The notes: generated from the letters alone by a model not told the origin. A stretch of 64,000 bases of DNA from Escherichia coli (GCF_036507355.1 NZ_AP027877.1), one strand, 5' to 3'; positions 28,535-43,219 are shown, counted from the first letter of the stretch. Translations and numbers: made by a program.

Positions 28535-29671
28535 TTAGGCGAAAATATCAACGCCGCTGTTGCCTGTTACACGCCCTTGTAAAGAGACGGGAACCGGAAG
28601 CGTATCGTCGTCTTCCCCCGCCAGAGGTTCATGGTTTGCTGTGCGTTGGCTTTGCTGTTGCTGGGAAGCGGCCTGCTGCTGACCACTAAAGCTTTCGCCA
28701 CTGATGTTGCTTTGCCCTAACTGAATGCCACTTTCGGCCAGCTGCGTACGCAGTACCGGCAGCGCAGCTTCCAGGGCGGCGCGTACGTGTTGATGCGGTG
28801 AAACCATCTGGATTTGCGCCTGGTTATCATCCACTTTGAGGGAGATTTGCACTTCACCTAAATCCTGCGGGTGCAGACGCAACTCTGCACTTTGTTGCCC
28901 CTGGCGGGTGAACAGCGAAATATGCTGGCTTAATGATTGTTGCCATTCGTGAGAACCCAGCGGTGCACTCAAAACAGGCGCGGCGACGGTGGGCAGTGGC
29001 TGTGTCTGGTGTGGAGTGATTAGCGGGCTGGCGGCAGCGGTCACCGGTGAAGGTGTGCTGATGACTTCCGCTTTACTCTGGGCTTCTGCTACCAGCGGTG
29101 TTAATGGCTGAGCTGGCGTGCCGGGGGCATCATCAGGCTGTGCTGTTGTGAGTTGCGCAGAAGTCAGTTTTGTGAAGAGCGTTGGTTTCTCTGCCGGTAA
29201 CACGGTTGACGGCACATCAGTCACTTTGGGCGTATTGTCAAAACCCGGCAACATCGCAAAAAGGGCGCTCAGGCTTGCGGTGACGTCTTCATTCAGATCA
29301 TCCGCTTTTTCGTCTTTTGTCGTATTTTTGTCAGCCACCGCAGCCACCGCAGCCAACGCCATCGTCTGAGCGGTGGTTAACGGTGTTGATGTGGATTGTT
29401 CGTCGTTGATGACAGGCGGTGTTTCATCCACAGGTATCAGTAAATCCGCTTGTTGCGCGTCGGAAACAATATCGCTGATCAGCGGCTCGCCTTTTGTCGT
29501 AGGCTTATCTGTTGCCACCAGCAACTGGGGGGCCGCTTTGTCGGTAGTTGTCTCGCCTGCTAATGCTTCGCTCAACAACGCGAGAAAATCTTGTGCAGCA
29601 TCGCTGGCTTTGCCGCCAGGCAATGTGGTGGTGTCAACGTCGGCGGTAATCAAGGGCGCTAAGCGAATCAT
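28535..29671 (-). CDS. fliK: Flagellar hook-length control protein FliK
   Basis: 378 aa, Pro/Thr/Ala-rich linker, C-terminal T3S4 domain; contains a 9-bp tandem repeat at 29332-29358. Confidence 0.92.
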   Translation of the reverse strand: MIRLAPLITADVDTTTLPGGKASDAAQDFLALLSEALAGETTTDKAAPQLLVATDKPTTKGEPLISDIVSDAQQADLLIPVDETPPVINDEQSTSTPLTTAQTMALAAVAAVADKNTTKDEKADDLNEDVTASLSALFAMLPGFDNTPKVTDVPSTVLPAEKPTLFTKLTSAQLTTAQPDDAPGTPAQPLTPLVAEAQSKAEVISTPSPVTAAASPLITPHQTQPLPTVAAPVLSAPLGSHEWQQSLSQHISLFTRQGQQSAELRLHPQDLGEVQISLKVDDNQAQIQMVSPHQHVRAALEAALPVLRTQLAESGIQLGQSNISGESFSGQQQAASQQQQSQRTANHEPLAGEDDDTLPVPVSLQGRVTGNSGVDIFA

Positions 29672-30111
29672 TCAGGTTTCCTCATGGCGGCGCGCTGGGC
29701 GAACTCATCCATCTTTTTCTGATCGAGGCGGTTTTCTGCAAGCAGTGCCGCCGTGGATTGCCGTTCCTGCAGTGTCTGCTAGGCCTGCAAACGTTGTTTC
29801 TTTTCTCGCCAGCTGTTCAGGGCAATGTCAACTTTCTGCGTCCACTGATTAAGTTGCTGGCGATGCTGAGTAATGGCTTTTTCCAGCGTCTGGATAAACT
29901 GCTGATAGTTGATCCAGCGGTTGCTGGTCATCCCGGCACTCATATCGCTGTTGAGGTTATTGCGATATTCATTCTGATAATCGATCAGCATTTTGAGCTG
30001 TTCTTCCGCCTGCTGACACCCGCGACGCATTTCACCCAGCAGGCGCGCGGCATCCTCTACCTCTTTTTCTGCCAGATCTTTCAGGGTCGCCAGCGCGCCA
30101 TGTTCTGCCAT
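29668..30111 (-). pseudogene. fliJ: Flagellar export protein FliJ with internal amber codon
   Basis: 110 codons then TAG (plus-strand CTA 29779-29781); same frame continues 36 codons to a TGA overlapping the fliK ATG (ATGA), total 147 codons. Confidence 0.85.
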
Positions 30112-30129
30112 CTGCCGTTATCTCCTGGG

Positions 30130-31502
30130 TTATGACACTGTCGGGAAAATACGCTCCAGCCCCTGGAGAGACGCTTCCCAGTCCGCGCGTTCAAAAATAC
30201 CTTGTTGTAAATAGCCCTCCAGCTGCGGCCACAGGGCGATGGCTTTATCGAGCATCGGATCGCTGCCTTTGGCATACGCGCCGACGCTAACCAGATCGCG
30301 GTTACGCTGAAAACTCGACAACAGCTGTTTGAAGGTGCGCACTCGCGCGTAATGTTGCTCGCTGATCAACGCCGTCATTGCGCGGCTGATCGACGCTTCA
30401 ATATCGATAGCCGGATAGTGCCCGGCTTCCGCCAGTCGGCGAGACAGCACAATGTGACCGTCGAGGATCGCCCGCGCGGAGTCGGCAATGGGGTCCTGCT
30501 GGTCATCGCCTTCAGTAAGCACGGTATAAAACGCGGTAATCGAGCCGCCGCCGCTAATGCCATTTCCGGCACGCTCGACCAGTGCCGGTAATTTGGCAAA
30601 CACCGACGGTGGATAACCTTTGGTGGCGGGTGGTTCGCCAATCGCCAGCGCAATTTCACGCTGGGCCATCGCGTAGCGGGTGAGGGAGTCCATAATCAGC
30701 AACACATGCTGACCACGATCGCGAAAATCTTCGGCAATGCGCGTGGCATAGGCGGCACCTTGCATTCGCAGGAGCGGAGAAACATCCGCCGGAGCAGCAA
30801 TCACCACTGAGCGTGCACGCCCTTCAGCACCGAGGATATTCTCAATGAAATCTTTTACTTCGCGCCCACGTTCACCAATCAAACCCACGACAATGACATC
30901 GGCGCGGGTGTAACGGGCCATCATCCCCAGCAGCACACTTTTACCGACACCAGAACCAGCAAACAGACCCATACGCTGCCCGCGCCCGACGGTAAGCAGG
31001 GCATTGATTGGGCGCACGCCGGTGTCCAGCACATGTTCAATCGGTGTACGTTGCAATGGGTTAAATGGTGGGGTAATCAGCGCACCGGTTTCCGTCGTAT
31101 CGGGGGAGGGCAGGCCATCGAGCGGTTTACCGCTGCCGTCCAGAACGCGACCTAATAACGCCGGACCGAGCGGCAACTGTTTGCCGCTTTGCAGCCCTTC
31201 TGCCGAAATGTTTTTGGCATAAACACGCGCGCCGGGCAGGACACCTTCGACTTCCTCCAGCGGCATTAAAAACAGCCGTTGACCGTTAAAGCCAACGACT
31301 TCGCTTTCTACTTCGTGCGTTTCGCTGCCCTTCTGGCGCTCAATGACACAGGTTGCGCCGAGCGGCAATTGTAATCCGGTGGCTTCCAACACCAACCCGG
31401 TAGCGCGAGTTAATCGCCCGTAGCGACGTACCGCAGGCAACTGCGCCATTTTGGCTTCAAAGTTATCCAGCGTGGTTAGCCAGCGAGTCAGGCGCGTGGT
31501 CA

Positions 31503-31503
<1 letters not shown>
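30130..31503 (-). CDS. fliI: Flagellum-specific ATPase FliI
   Basis: 457 aa, Walker A GSGVGKS. Confidence 0.95.
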
Positions 31504-34828
<3,325 letters not shown>

Positions 34829-35042
34829 CGCGCACCTCGTGGCTGATTATGGACGGCGTTATTGGCAAAGTGGAACAAGACTCACTCCCGGGTCAGCAAA
34901 CTCGAAAAATTGACGCTCCCATTATTTGTGCTTTCGTTTTTTTCTATCCGCCAATAAACCCGTTTTTTTGTTGCTATTTAGCGCCTTTGTCTTATTGACT
35001 TACTGGTAGGCTTTGCTACCAGAAATTATCCAGGAGATGAAA

Positions 35043-35357
35043 ATGTCAGCGATACAGGGGATTGAAGGGGTTATCAGCCAGTTACAGGCTACGGCGATGA
35101 GTGCGCGTGCGCAGGAATCACTGCCGCAACCGACCATTAGTTTTGCCGGGCAGCTGCACGCCGCGCTCGATCGCATAAGCGATACACAAACAGCCGCCCG
35201 CACGCAGGCAGAAAAATTCACTCTCGGTGAACCCGGCGTGGCGTTAAACGATGTGATGACCGATATGCAAAAAGCCTCAGTTTCTATGCAAATGGGGATT
35301 CAGGTGCGTAATAAGCTGGTGGCGGCGTATCAGGAAGTGATGAGCATGCAGGTGTAG
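35043..35357 (+). CDS. fliE: Flagellar hook-basal body protein FliE
   Basis: 104 aa [15 protein letters not shown]...; divergent from fliF. Confidence 0.92.
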   Translation: MSAIQGIEGVISQLQATAMSARAQESLPQPTISFAGQLHAALDRISDTQTAARTQAEKFTLGEPGVALNDVMTDMQKASVSMQMGIQVRNKLVAAYQEVMSMQV

Positions 35358-35730
35358 GTTTTGTAACCTGTTGTTGATTACATCCGATCTCACCGCGTGG
35401 GGCATGGATGGGGCAAACTCACTCATTATCTGGTTTAAAATGGATACCTGATCCTGAACGTTTTCTGCCATCCACGATCCGTATACACGATAAACCCTCT
35501 GATTATCAGAGTGTCTCATTTGACACATCACCACGTCGGATGTTGTTACGACCACAGACGCAACAGTAACCTCTGGATAATTTAATCTTTGTTGATGTTT
35601 TTATTCATATTCCGGGCTATGGATATGAGCGATTTTTGATAGTGGTAATTTTATTGTGTTTTAGAATGCGCCCTGAATCGCCACGGGTTTAACAGACACC
35701 TCAGAGTCATTTAAGATGGCTTAAAGAGAG

Positions 35731-36015
35731 GTGCCCATGAGCGGTAAGCGTTATCCCGAAGAGTTTAAAATTGAAGCAGTCAAACAGGTTGTTGATCGCG
35801 GTTATTCTGTTGCCAGCGTTGCAACACGTCTCGATATCACCACCCACAGCCTTTACGCCTGGATAAAGAAGTACGGTCCGGATTCTTCCGCTAATAAAGA
35901 ACAGTCAGATGCTCAGGCCGAGATCCGCCGTCTCCAGAAAGAGCTGAAGCGGGTTACCGACGAACGGGACATATTAAAAAAAGCCGCGGCGTACTTCGCA
36001 AAGCTGTCCGACTGA
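35731..36015 (+). CDS. IS3-family transposase OrfA
   Basis: 94 aa with HTH; A7 slippery run at 35976-35982 near the 3' end for -1 frameshifting into OrfB. Confidence 0.88.
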   Translation: MPMSGKRYPEEFKIEAVKQVVDRGYSVASVATRLDITTHSLYAWIKKYGPDSSANKEQSDAQAEIRRLQKELKRVTDERDILKKAAAYFAKLSD

Positions 36016-36071
36016 GGTACGCCTTTATCCGTGACAACACCTGTTGCTGGCCTGTTCGCCTGCTCTGTCGG

Positions 36072-36884
36072 GTGCTGGATGTTCATCCCAGTGGTTTTTA
36101 CGCCTGGCTTCAGCAGCCGCATTCACAACGCCATCAGGCAGACCTGAGGCTGACAGGGCAGATTAAACAGTTCTGGCTGGAATCGGGATGCGTCTATGGT
36201 TATCGCAAAATCCATCTGGATCTGCGGGACAGCGGGCAACAGTGCGGAGTGAACAGAGTCTGGCGACTGATGAAACGTGTCGGGATAAAGGCTCAGGTCG
36301 GATACCGGAGCCCGCGGGCACGTAAAGGCGAGGCCAGTATCGTGTCGCCCAACAGGCTCCAGCGACAGTTCAATCCGGATGCTCCGGATAAGCGTTGGGT
36401 AACGGACATAACCTACATCAGGACCCACGAAGGCTGGCTGTATCTTGCCGTGGTTGTTGATCTGTTCTCACGCAAAATTATCGGCTGGTCCATGCAATCC
36501 CGGATGACAAAGGACATTGTCCTGAACGCACTGCTGATGGCTGTATGGCGCCGTAATCCCCAAAAACAGGTGCTGGTTCATTCGGATCAGGGCAGTCAGT
36601 ACACAAGCCATGAGTGGCAGTCGTTCCTGAAATCACACGGCCTGGATGGCAGCATGAGCCGTCGCGGTAACTGCCATGATAATGCGGTTGCAGAAAGCTT
36701 TTTCCAGTTGTTGAAACGCGAACGGATAAAGAAAAAGATCTACGGAACGCGGGAAGAAGCCCGCAGCGATATTTTTGATTACATCGAAATGTTTTATAAC
36801 AGTAAGCGTCGGCATGGTTCCAGCGATCAGATGTCACCGACAGAATATGAAAACCAGTATTATCAACGGCTCGGAAGTGTCTAG
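36072..36884 (+). CDS. IS3-family transposase OrfB (DDE/rve integrase domain)
   Basis: 270-aa ORF; frame stays open upstream of the first ATG, consistent with an OrfAB fusion. Confidence 0.88.
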   Translation: MLDVHPSGFYAWLQQPHSQRHQADLRLTGQIKQFWLESGCVYGYRKIHLDLRDSGQQCGVNRVWRLMKRVGIKAQVGYRSPRARKGEASIVSPNRLQRQFNPDAPDKRWVTDITYIRTHEGWLYLAVVVDLFSRKIIGWSMQSRMTKDIVLNALLMAVWRRNPQKQVLVHSDQGSQYTSHEWQSFLKSHGLDGSMSRRGNCHDNAVAESFFQLLKRERIKKKIYGTREEARSDIFDYIEMFYNSKRRHGSSDQMSPTEYENQYYQRLGSV

Positions 36885-37086
36885 ATTATCCGTGGCGATT
36901 CATACTTTTTATAGAATGCAATCCTATTAAAGAGGCATTTTTAATGCCATGGACTTTGACAGACATTACCTATGGAATATCGCAGAGAAAATATATTGTT
37001 ACGAATCCCGATGATTATGATAAATATTCTTACATGGTTAAAAGGATAGTAATAGATGGTCATAATTAAATAATTTATTTATGTGC

Positions 37087-38152
37087 TGAATTTACAATCC
37101 AAGTGCAACAAAAAAAGAAGTACTCATCAACTAGAATATAATTTTGTTTCCACACAAAAACCACTTCCAAATGATGAGTACTTCCTACCGACATCTTACA
37201 ATAAACGAGCGAGAAAAGATAATGATTTTACTCGCACAGGGCAAAAAACAAGCAGAAATTGCCAAAGCACTGGGACGTAGCTCCAGCACCATTTCTCGCG
37301 AGCTGAAACGACACGCTCTAGAAAGCTACAGTGCAACGAACGCACAAAACAGCTATTTGAAGCATCGTCAAAATAGCAAAGCACAGCGCAAATTAGAGCA
37401 GCCTGAATATTTCAATTTGGTGCAAGAAAAGTTTCTGACAGAAAACTGGTCGCCCGAACAAATCAGCGCACGATTAAAATTGGAAAAATCTGAATTATCC
37501 ATTAGTTATTCAACCATTTATCGTGGTATTTATTCAGGGTTGTTTGATATAGGCGAACGCAAAGCCAGTCGCAAACTGCGCCACAAAGGCAAAACACGGC
37601 ATACAAAAAATCATCATGAAAAACGTGGCAAAATTCAGATATCCAACCATTTGAACGACCGTCCCATTTCGGCGCAAAATCGCAGTCGCTTTGGACATTG
37701 GGAAGCCGATACCGTACTGGGTAAAGCGGGTGGAGCTTGTTTGCTGACGCTGACGGAACGCAAAAGTCGTTTTGAGTTGGTGAAGAAAATTCCTGCCAAA
37801 AAAGCCGAAGCAGTCCAAAAAGCCATGATTGAATTGCTGGATTCACATATATTGCGGTCAATTACGCCAGACCGTGGTAAAGAATTTGCCCAACATCGTT
37901 TGGTAACAGAAGCACTGGGTGTAGAATTTTACTTCCCCGAGCCGCATCAACCGTGGACACGGGGAACGAATGAAAATACAAATGGGTTACTTCGTGAATA
38001 CTTTCCGAAGCACCAAGACATCAATCAGTGGAGCGAAGTTGATATTCAACAGGTGATCAATAAACTGAATTTACGACCACGTAAATGTTTAGGTTGGAAA
38101 ACACCTTATGAAGTTTACTTCAAAAAATCGTTGCACTTGGTTTGACAATTCA
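37087..38152 (+). mobile_element. IS30-family insertion sequence (~1.07 kb, AT-rich; ISApl1-like by size and organisation)
   Basis: Single transposase ORF; imperfect ~23-bp inverted repeats TGAATTTACAATCCAAGTGCAAC / GTTGCACTTGGTTTGACAATTCA; right repeat overlaps the tnp stop. Confidence 0.7.
37222..38145 (+). CDS. IS30-family DDE transposase
   Basis: HTH N-terminus, conserved GHWEADTV and TRGTNENTNGLLR motifs; 307 codons from ATG 37222 (track ORF from TTG 37144). Confidence 0.8.
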   Translation: MILLAQGKKQAEIAKALGRSSSTISRELKRHALESYSATNAQNSYLKHRQNSKAQRKLEQPEYFNLVQEKFLTENWSPEQISARLKLEKSELSISYSTIYRGIYSGLFDIGERKASRKLRHKGKTRHTKNHHEKRGKIQISNHLNDRPISAQNRSRFGHWEADTVLGKAGGACLLTLTERKSRFELVKKIPAKKAEAVQKAMIELLDSHILRSITPDRGKEFAQHRLVTEALGVEFYFPEPHQPWTRGTNENTNGLLREYFPKHQDINQWSEVDIQQVINKLNLRPRKCLGWKTPYEVYFKKSLHLV

Positions 38153-38295
38153 AGGTAATTAATTAGGCGTAATTGTGTCACTGGAATAGAGGTTTCTTGT
38201 GGCGCATGTAGAAGTGGCGTCTATGGACAAGGCGTTTCCTGCTGGTGATAAATAAAGGCGCAGCACGTCGAATGCAAGAATGTGCTGCGTCTGGC

Positions 38296-38775
38296 TCATG
38301 GCAATTCATTATTTTCGCATAGCGTCAATGATAAAAATCGACTGTGTGGATCAAATCGATAATCAGCAAACGGTTCGCAATCAACGAATCCATGTTTCAA
38401 ATAAAGTTGATGGCAGGCCGTAAATCCAGCCTGTGTACCCGTTTCTAAGCTCAGGCGATGAAGGCATCTGTCCTGGGCGACCTGCAAAATGTGGCGTAAA
38501 ATCAGACTGGCGACACCACGACGTAAATAATTTGGCGCGGTACGCATTGATTTTAGCTCGCCATGTTTATCATCCAGCAACTTCAGCGCACCAATTCCTG
38601 CGAGTTGTTCGCCTTCCCATACTGACCAGAATGTCACTGTCGGGTTACGTAATTTTTGCACATCTAAAGCATGACTGCTTTCGGGGGGAGACTGCTGCAG
38701 CATGTCGGAAATATGGTAAGCCACTAATGCTTGCACTGCTGGATGGGTGAGATCATCTGTTTTAATCGTGAACAT
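38296..38775 (-). CDS. yedL: GNAT-family N-acetyltransferase
   Basis: 159 aa. Confidence 0.85.
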   Translation of the reverse strand: MFTIKTDDLTHPAVQALVAYHISDMLQQSPPESSHALDVQKLRNPTVTFWSVWEGEQLAGIGALKLLDDKHGELKSMRTAPNYLRRGVASLILRHILQVAQDRCLHRLSLETGTQAGFTACHQLYLKHGFVDCEPFADYRFDPHSRFLSLTLCENNELP

Positions 38776-38885
38776 GACGATTCCGTATTGGTGTTATTTT
38801 TGCAATATGCCAACAGGTAATGAAATCTTTGTCTAATAGAGATTTCTTATGACGCAGTATTGTTGATCAATAATCTCCAGGCTTA

Positions 38886-39554
38886 TCAAACAGGTTGAAT
38901 TAACTCCGCGCCCTGGTTTTTAACATTACCCACCGCGCGCGATACCGGGTGCCAGGTGAACTGGTTTGCTGGCACACAACCACTGGCCGCGATTTCTGAG
39001 GCTTCTTTACCGCTAATCTCTTGCCGCATCCATTCCCGCGCAGCATCTGGCGACAGTACCAGTGGGCGGCGGTCATGAATATCCACCAGACCTTGATCTG
39101 CCGCCGCAGTGACAATCAAAAATCCTTCGGCTTCGTCACCGCGCTCGAACGGTGTGCTGCCTATCGCGGCCATAAAAACAGGTTGTCCATCAGTACGATA
39201 GATAAAATAAGGCTGCTTTTTGTCGCCTTCTTTTTTCCACTCAAACCAGCCATCGGCAAAACAGATTGCCCGACCATGTTGCCAGAGCGGTTTAAACATG
39301 CGACTCGTTGCGGCAGTTTCTACGCGGGCGTTAATCAGTGGCGGTTTATCCCACCATCCGGGAGCATATCCCCAAAAAACCGGATCCAGATGAAGGTGTT
39401 CATCACGTTCACTGAGCAGAAGGACTTTGGTTCCCGGCGCGACGTTGTATCTGCCAATGGGTTCGGGATCATAGGGAATATCGCGTTCAATATCTTCAGC
39501 GAGAAGCGCAAGGTAATCTTCACGCGTTTGGGATTGGGCAAAGCGTCCACACAT
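38886..39554 (-). CDS. yedK: SOS-response-associated peptidase (SRAP/HMCES-like abasic-site binding protein)
   Basis: 222 aa starting MCGRF (Cys2). Confidence 0.9.
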   Translation of the reverse strand: MCGRFAQSQTREDYLALLAEDIERDIPYDPEPIGRYNVAPGTKVLLLSERDEHLHLDPVFWGYAPGWWDKPPLINARVETAATSRMFKPLWQHGRAICFADGWFEWKKEGDKKQPYFIYRTDGQPVFMAAIGSTPFERGDEAEGFLIVTAAADQGLVDIHDRRPLVLSPDAAREWMRQEISGKEASEIAASGCVPANQFTWHPVSRAVGNVKNQGAELIQPV

Positions 39555-39662
39555 AGAAACCTCCTGAGAGCACACTGAAAAGAATAGGAGAGGGGGCGGG
39601 TAAAATCTATGTGGTACAGAGGCAACGATATTCCCGCTGTGGGCCACAGCGGGAATGAGGGA

Positions 39663-39896
39663 TTACTTCTGAATTAAATAACGAATGGTCGGCCCGTCTT
39701 GCTGAATATCCAGCACCGTATAGCCGTGATTACGCGCATCCAGTGGAATATTATTGATCGACTGCGGACAGTCGCTCACCACTTCCAGGATTTCCCCTTT
39801 TTTTAACTGCGGCATCGCCTCAAGGGTTGCGACTGCCGGATAAGGGCAGGGTTCACCCACCATATCAAGGCGGTAATCAGGAACGATATTTTTCAT
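39663..39896 (-). CDS. yedF: TusA-like sulfur carrier protein
   Basis: 77 aa with CPxP motif. Confidence 0.9.
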   Translation of the reverse strand: MKNIVPDYRLDMVGEPCPYPAVATLEAMPQLKKGEILEVVSDCPQSINNIPLDARNHGYTVLDIQQDGPTIRYLIQK

Positions 39897-41098
39897 GCGA
39901 TCTCCTTAGCAGTCTGCGGTGCCGCACGGCGGAAGAAGCGTTTTTCCCAGCCGATAATCAACATCAGCGCAGCAAACAACAGCAAATATGTCACCAGCAG
40001 GCCACCCATCGGACCAAAGGTTTTCAGCAGGTTGATTTTGTCCCAGTCGGTGGCCAGCGCCGGAGCGAAATCATCCCAGTAATACGCCAGAATCGTTGAG
40101 CCGATCACATTGCCCAGACCGACCCACCAGTAGTGCACCTGGCCTTCTACCGCGCGGTACATCCAGCCGGTTTCGCAGCCGCCAGCCAGCACGATGCCAA
40201 AACCAAACAGTAAACCACCAATTACCGCGTTTGGTCCCGCCCACATGATTTTGGGTTCAACGCCTAACTGTACGTAACTGAAGATCCCGATGGCACTCAC
40301 CGCTATACCAAGAATGATTGCTTTCGCCATATGGGTACGTCCGGTGATCCACATATCGCGGAACGCCGAAGTAAAGCAGATTTGCGCACGTTCAATCAGT
40401 AAACCAAAGCCGACGCCAAACAGCATTGCCAGCCCCAGTTTGGGTTGGTTCATCGCTGTGAGCAGCGCCCAGCCCAGCATGCCGAAAAAGACCAGCATCC
40501 CGAGACGAAAACGACGCCGCGCCTGATCCGGTTTTTGCGTCAGCGGTGAGGCGGCAGAAACTTTCTGCATTTTCACGGGAATACGGAAGATGGGCAGCAG
40601 GGTAAAGCGCGCGCCAAACCATGAACCAATGGCAGTGGCGATGGCAAAGAACCAGGCATGCAGCGAGAACTGAGGAATACCGGTAAAGAACGCCGCCAGG
40701 TTACAGCCCATTGCCAGACGCGCGCCAAAACCGGCGATAATGCCGCCAATGATGGCCTGCATAATGCGGATACGGCTGCGCGGCATTCGCAGTTTGACAT
40801 TGTTGGCCCACAGCGCTGCGGCAAAGCAGCCGCCAAACATACCGAGGATCATCATCCCGTCGATGCGGGTTAATGGCGATCCTTCCAGATGGATAATTTT
40901 AAAGTAACCCCACTCTTCAGCATGGACGCCGAACAGTTGCAGGAGCTGGCCGCCCCAACGGGTAAATTCACCCGTGACAGCCCAAAAGGTGCCAGTAATG
41001 CCAAAATAGTAAGTGGAGAGAATACCCGCCGCGATGACCGCGGGGATGGGCGCCCAGAATTTAATCAACCAGGCGTGTTTGAATTGCTGCCATGACAT
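39893..41098 (-). CDS. yedE: YeeE/YedE-family membrane transporter (selenium/thiosulfate-related)
   Basis: 401 aa polytopic; overlaps yedF start. Confidence 0.9.
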   Translation of the reverse strand: MSWQQFKHAWLIKFWAPIPAVIAAGILSTYYFGITGTFWAVTGEFTRWGGQLLQLFGVHAEEWGYFKIIHLEGSPLTRIDGMMILGMFGGCFAAALWANNVKLRMPRSRIRIMQAIIGGIIAGFGARLAMGCNLAAFFTGIPQFSLHAWFFAIATAIGSWFGARFTLLPIFRIPVKMQKVSAASPLTQKPDQARRRFRLGMLVFFGMLGWALLTAMNQPKLGLAMLFGVGFGLLIERAQICFTSAFRDMWITGRTHMAKAIILGIAVSAIGIFSYVQLGVEPKIMWAGPNAVIGGLLFGFGIVLAGGCETGWMYRAVEGQVHYWWVGLGNVIGSTILAYYWDDFAPALATDWDKINLLKTFGPMGGLLVTYLLLFAALMLIIGWEKRFFRRAAPQTAKEIA

Positions 41099-41284
41099 GA
41101 ATGTAGCCTCTGAACTCAGAAGGTTTGAAACAAGAGTCGCGAATCATACACCATGCAAATTTATTTTCGGGGTAATAATTCACAAAAATAATAGTTAGAT
41201 CAAATTTCTCTCTGAACCTGGAAAGGCTGGCGACATCAGGGCTTTAATGCCACAATCCTCTTTTCTTCTCATGCAGGACGAATG

Positions 41285-41698
41285 ATGAAAAAACTCGCAA
41301 TTGCAGGCGCGCTCATGTTGCTGGCGGGCTGTGCCGAAGTCGAAAACTATAACAATGTCGTGAAAACCCCCGCGCCGGACTGGCTGGCGGGCTACTGGCA
41401 GACCAAAGGGCCGCAACGTGCGCTGGTCAGTCCGGAAGCGATAGGCAGCCTGATTGTCACTAAAGAGGGCGATACTCTTGATTGCCGTCAGTGGCAGCGG
41501 GTGATTGCTGTGCTGGGCAAGTTGACATTGATGTCTGATGATCTCACTAACGTTACCGTAAAACGTGAGCTGTACGAGGTTGAGCGTGACGGTAACACCA
41601 TTGAGTACGATGGTATGACGATGGAGCGTGTGGATCGCCCGACGGCAGAGTGTGCCGCTGCGCTGGATAAAGCGCCGTTACCGACGCCATTGCCGTAA
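41285..41698 (+). CDS. yedD: Lipoprotein YedD
   Basis: 137 aa with lipobox LLAGC. Confidence 0.85.
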   Translation: MKKLAIAGALMLLAGCAEVENYNNVVKTPAPDWLAGYWQTKGPQRALVSPEAIGSLIVTKEGDTLDCRQWQRVIAVLGKLTLMSDDLTNVTVKRELYEVERDGNTIEYDGMTMERVDRPTAECAAALDKAPLPTPLP

Positions 41699-41731
41699 TG
41701 AAATCTCCCCGGCTTGCCGCCGGGGATGAAT

Positions 41732-43219
41732 TTAAATCACCTCTTCGATAACCCACACGCTAACGCTGCCGCCGTTGCAAAAGAAGGTCGCTTCGCCGTT
41801 TTCGTCGGTTACTACACTCTCTTGCCGGTTCCCAAGAAAATCACGCCAGGTTTTATTGCCGTAATTCTCTCCTAAATGAATGGTTTTTTCGCCATCATCT
41901 CCGTTCGACATGACCACCACGCAGCCGGGATATTCGTCGGTGCCACTGCGGCTAAAGGCAATGCAGTTCGGATGGTCGAAAAATAACGTCTGTACACCGT
42001 GGGCGAAACGCTGACGGGCGAGAATTAACTCATCAAGCTGTTCGATTATTGGCATATCTATCGGATAGGTTTGCCCGTCACCACCGACATCTTCGTAATG
42101 CGCACCGTAGAGGTCCGGATAGAACACCGAAGGAACGCCATTTTCCCGCAACAAAATTAGAGCATACGCCAGCGGTTTAAACCACGGTTCGACCGGTGCT
42201 TCGAGGGCTTGCAACGGTTGGGTGTCGTGGTTGGCAACGAGGGTTACGGCGTGAAAAGGATCGGCTTCCACCAGCGTCCCAGTGAAAATCTGCGTCATGT
42301 CGTAGTTGCGTCCCATGCGCGATGCTTCATGGAATTTCATCTGCAGCGGCGCATCAAACAGCATGGTTTTGCCTTCCACCTGATCAATATACGTTTGCAG
42401 CTTATCAACTTCATGCGACCAGTACTCCGCCACAATAAACAGCGGCTTTGGCGCAACTTCCTGTACGTGTTCGATCCACTCTTTATAAAACCAGGCTGGA
42501 ATATGTTTGACCGCATCAAGACGAAAACCGTCGCATTGCGTTTGTTCCATCACCCAGCGCGCCCAGTATTTAATCTCTTCCGTCACGGCATGATTGCGAA
42601 AATCGATATTCTCGCCCATCAGATAATCGAAATTACCGAGTTCATCATCAACCTGATCGTTCCAGCCTTCGCCGGTGTAGTCGTTAACAATTTTAAAAAT
42701 GCCATCTTCATTGGGGTTTTCGATATGGTCGATACCGCTAAAACATTTGAAATCCCAGATAAACTGTGAGTATTGCCCGGCACGAGCGGGGAAGGTGTAA
42801 CGCGTCCAGCCTTCGCATTCAATGATTTCTTCATCAATTTGCGTACGGTCGTCAGCATTAACGCGCTGCACGCGAATAGCTTCTTTTTCATCCGCGCCCA
42901 TTTTGTGGTTGACTACCACGTCCAACAGCACCGCAATGTCATTACGTTTCAGGGCGTCAATGGCGGCCAGCAGTTGTGCTTTATCGCCATATTTAGTAGG
43001 GATGCTGCCTTTCTGATCAAACTCGCCTAAATCAAATAAATCATAGGAGTCGTAGCCGACCGAATACCCGCCCGATGCGCCTTTATAGGCGGGCGGCAAC
43101 CAGACCATATTGATACCAATATCATTAAAACCGTCGGCGCGCTCGGCCAGTTCAGGCCAAAGCTTACCGCCTTCCGGGTAATACCAGTGAAAACATTGTA
43201 ACAGCGTGGGATTACGCAT
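41732..43219 (-). CDS. amyA: Cytoplasmic alpha-amylase
   Basis: 495 aa, GH13 motifs. Confidence 0.93.
   Translation of the reverse strand: MRNPTLLQCFHWYYPEGGKLWPELAERADGFNDIGINMVWLPPAYKGASGGYSVGYDSYDLFDLGEFDQKGSIPTKYGDKAQLLAAIDALKRNDIAVLLDVVVNHKMGADEKEAIRVQRVNADDRTQIDEEIIECEGWTRYTFPARAGQYSQFIWDFKCFSGIDHIENPNEDGIFKIVNDYTGEGWNDQVDDELGNFDYLMGENIDFRNHAVTEEIKYWARWVMEQTQCDGFRLDAVKHIPAWFYKEWIEHVQEVAPKPLFIVAEYWSHEVDKLQTYIDQVEGKTMLFDAPLQMKFHEASRMGRNYDMTQIFTGTLVEADPFHAVTLVANHDTQPLQALEAPVEPWFKPLAYALILLRENGVPSVFYPDLYGAHYEDVGGDGQTYPIDMPIIEQLDELILARQRFAHGVQTLFFDHPNCIAFSRSGTDEYPGCVVVMSNGDDGEKTIHLGENYGNKTWRDFLGNRQESVVTDENGEATFFCNGGSVSVWVIEEVI

Larger units (their letters stand above)
35674..36902 (+). mobile_element. 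IS3-family insertion sequence, copy B (complete, 1229 bp)
   Basis: Imperfect terminal inverted repeats TGAATCGCCACGG...CCGTGGCGATTCA; OrfA plus OrfB; no 3-bp target duplication (CCC vs TAC). Confidence 0.88.
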
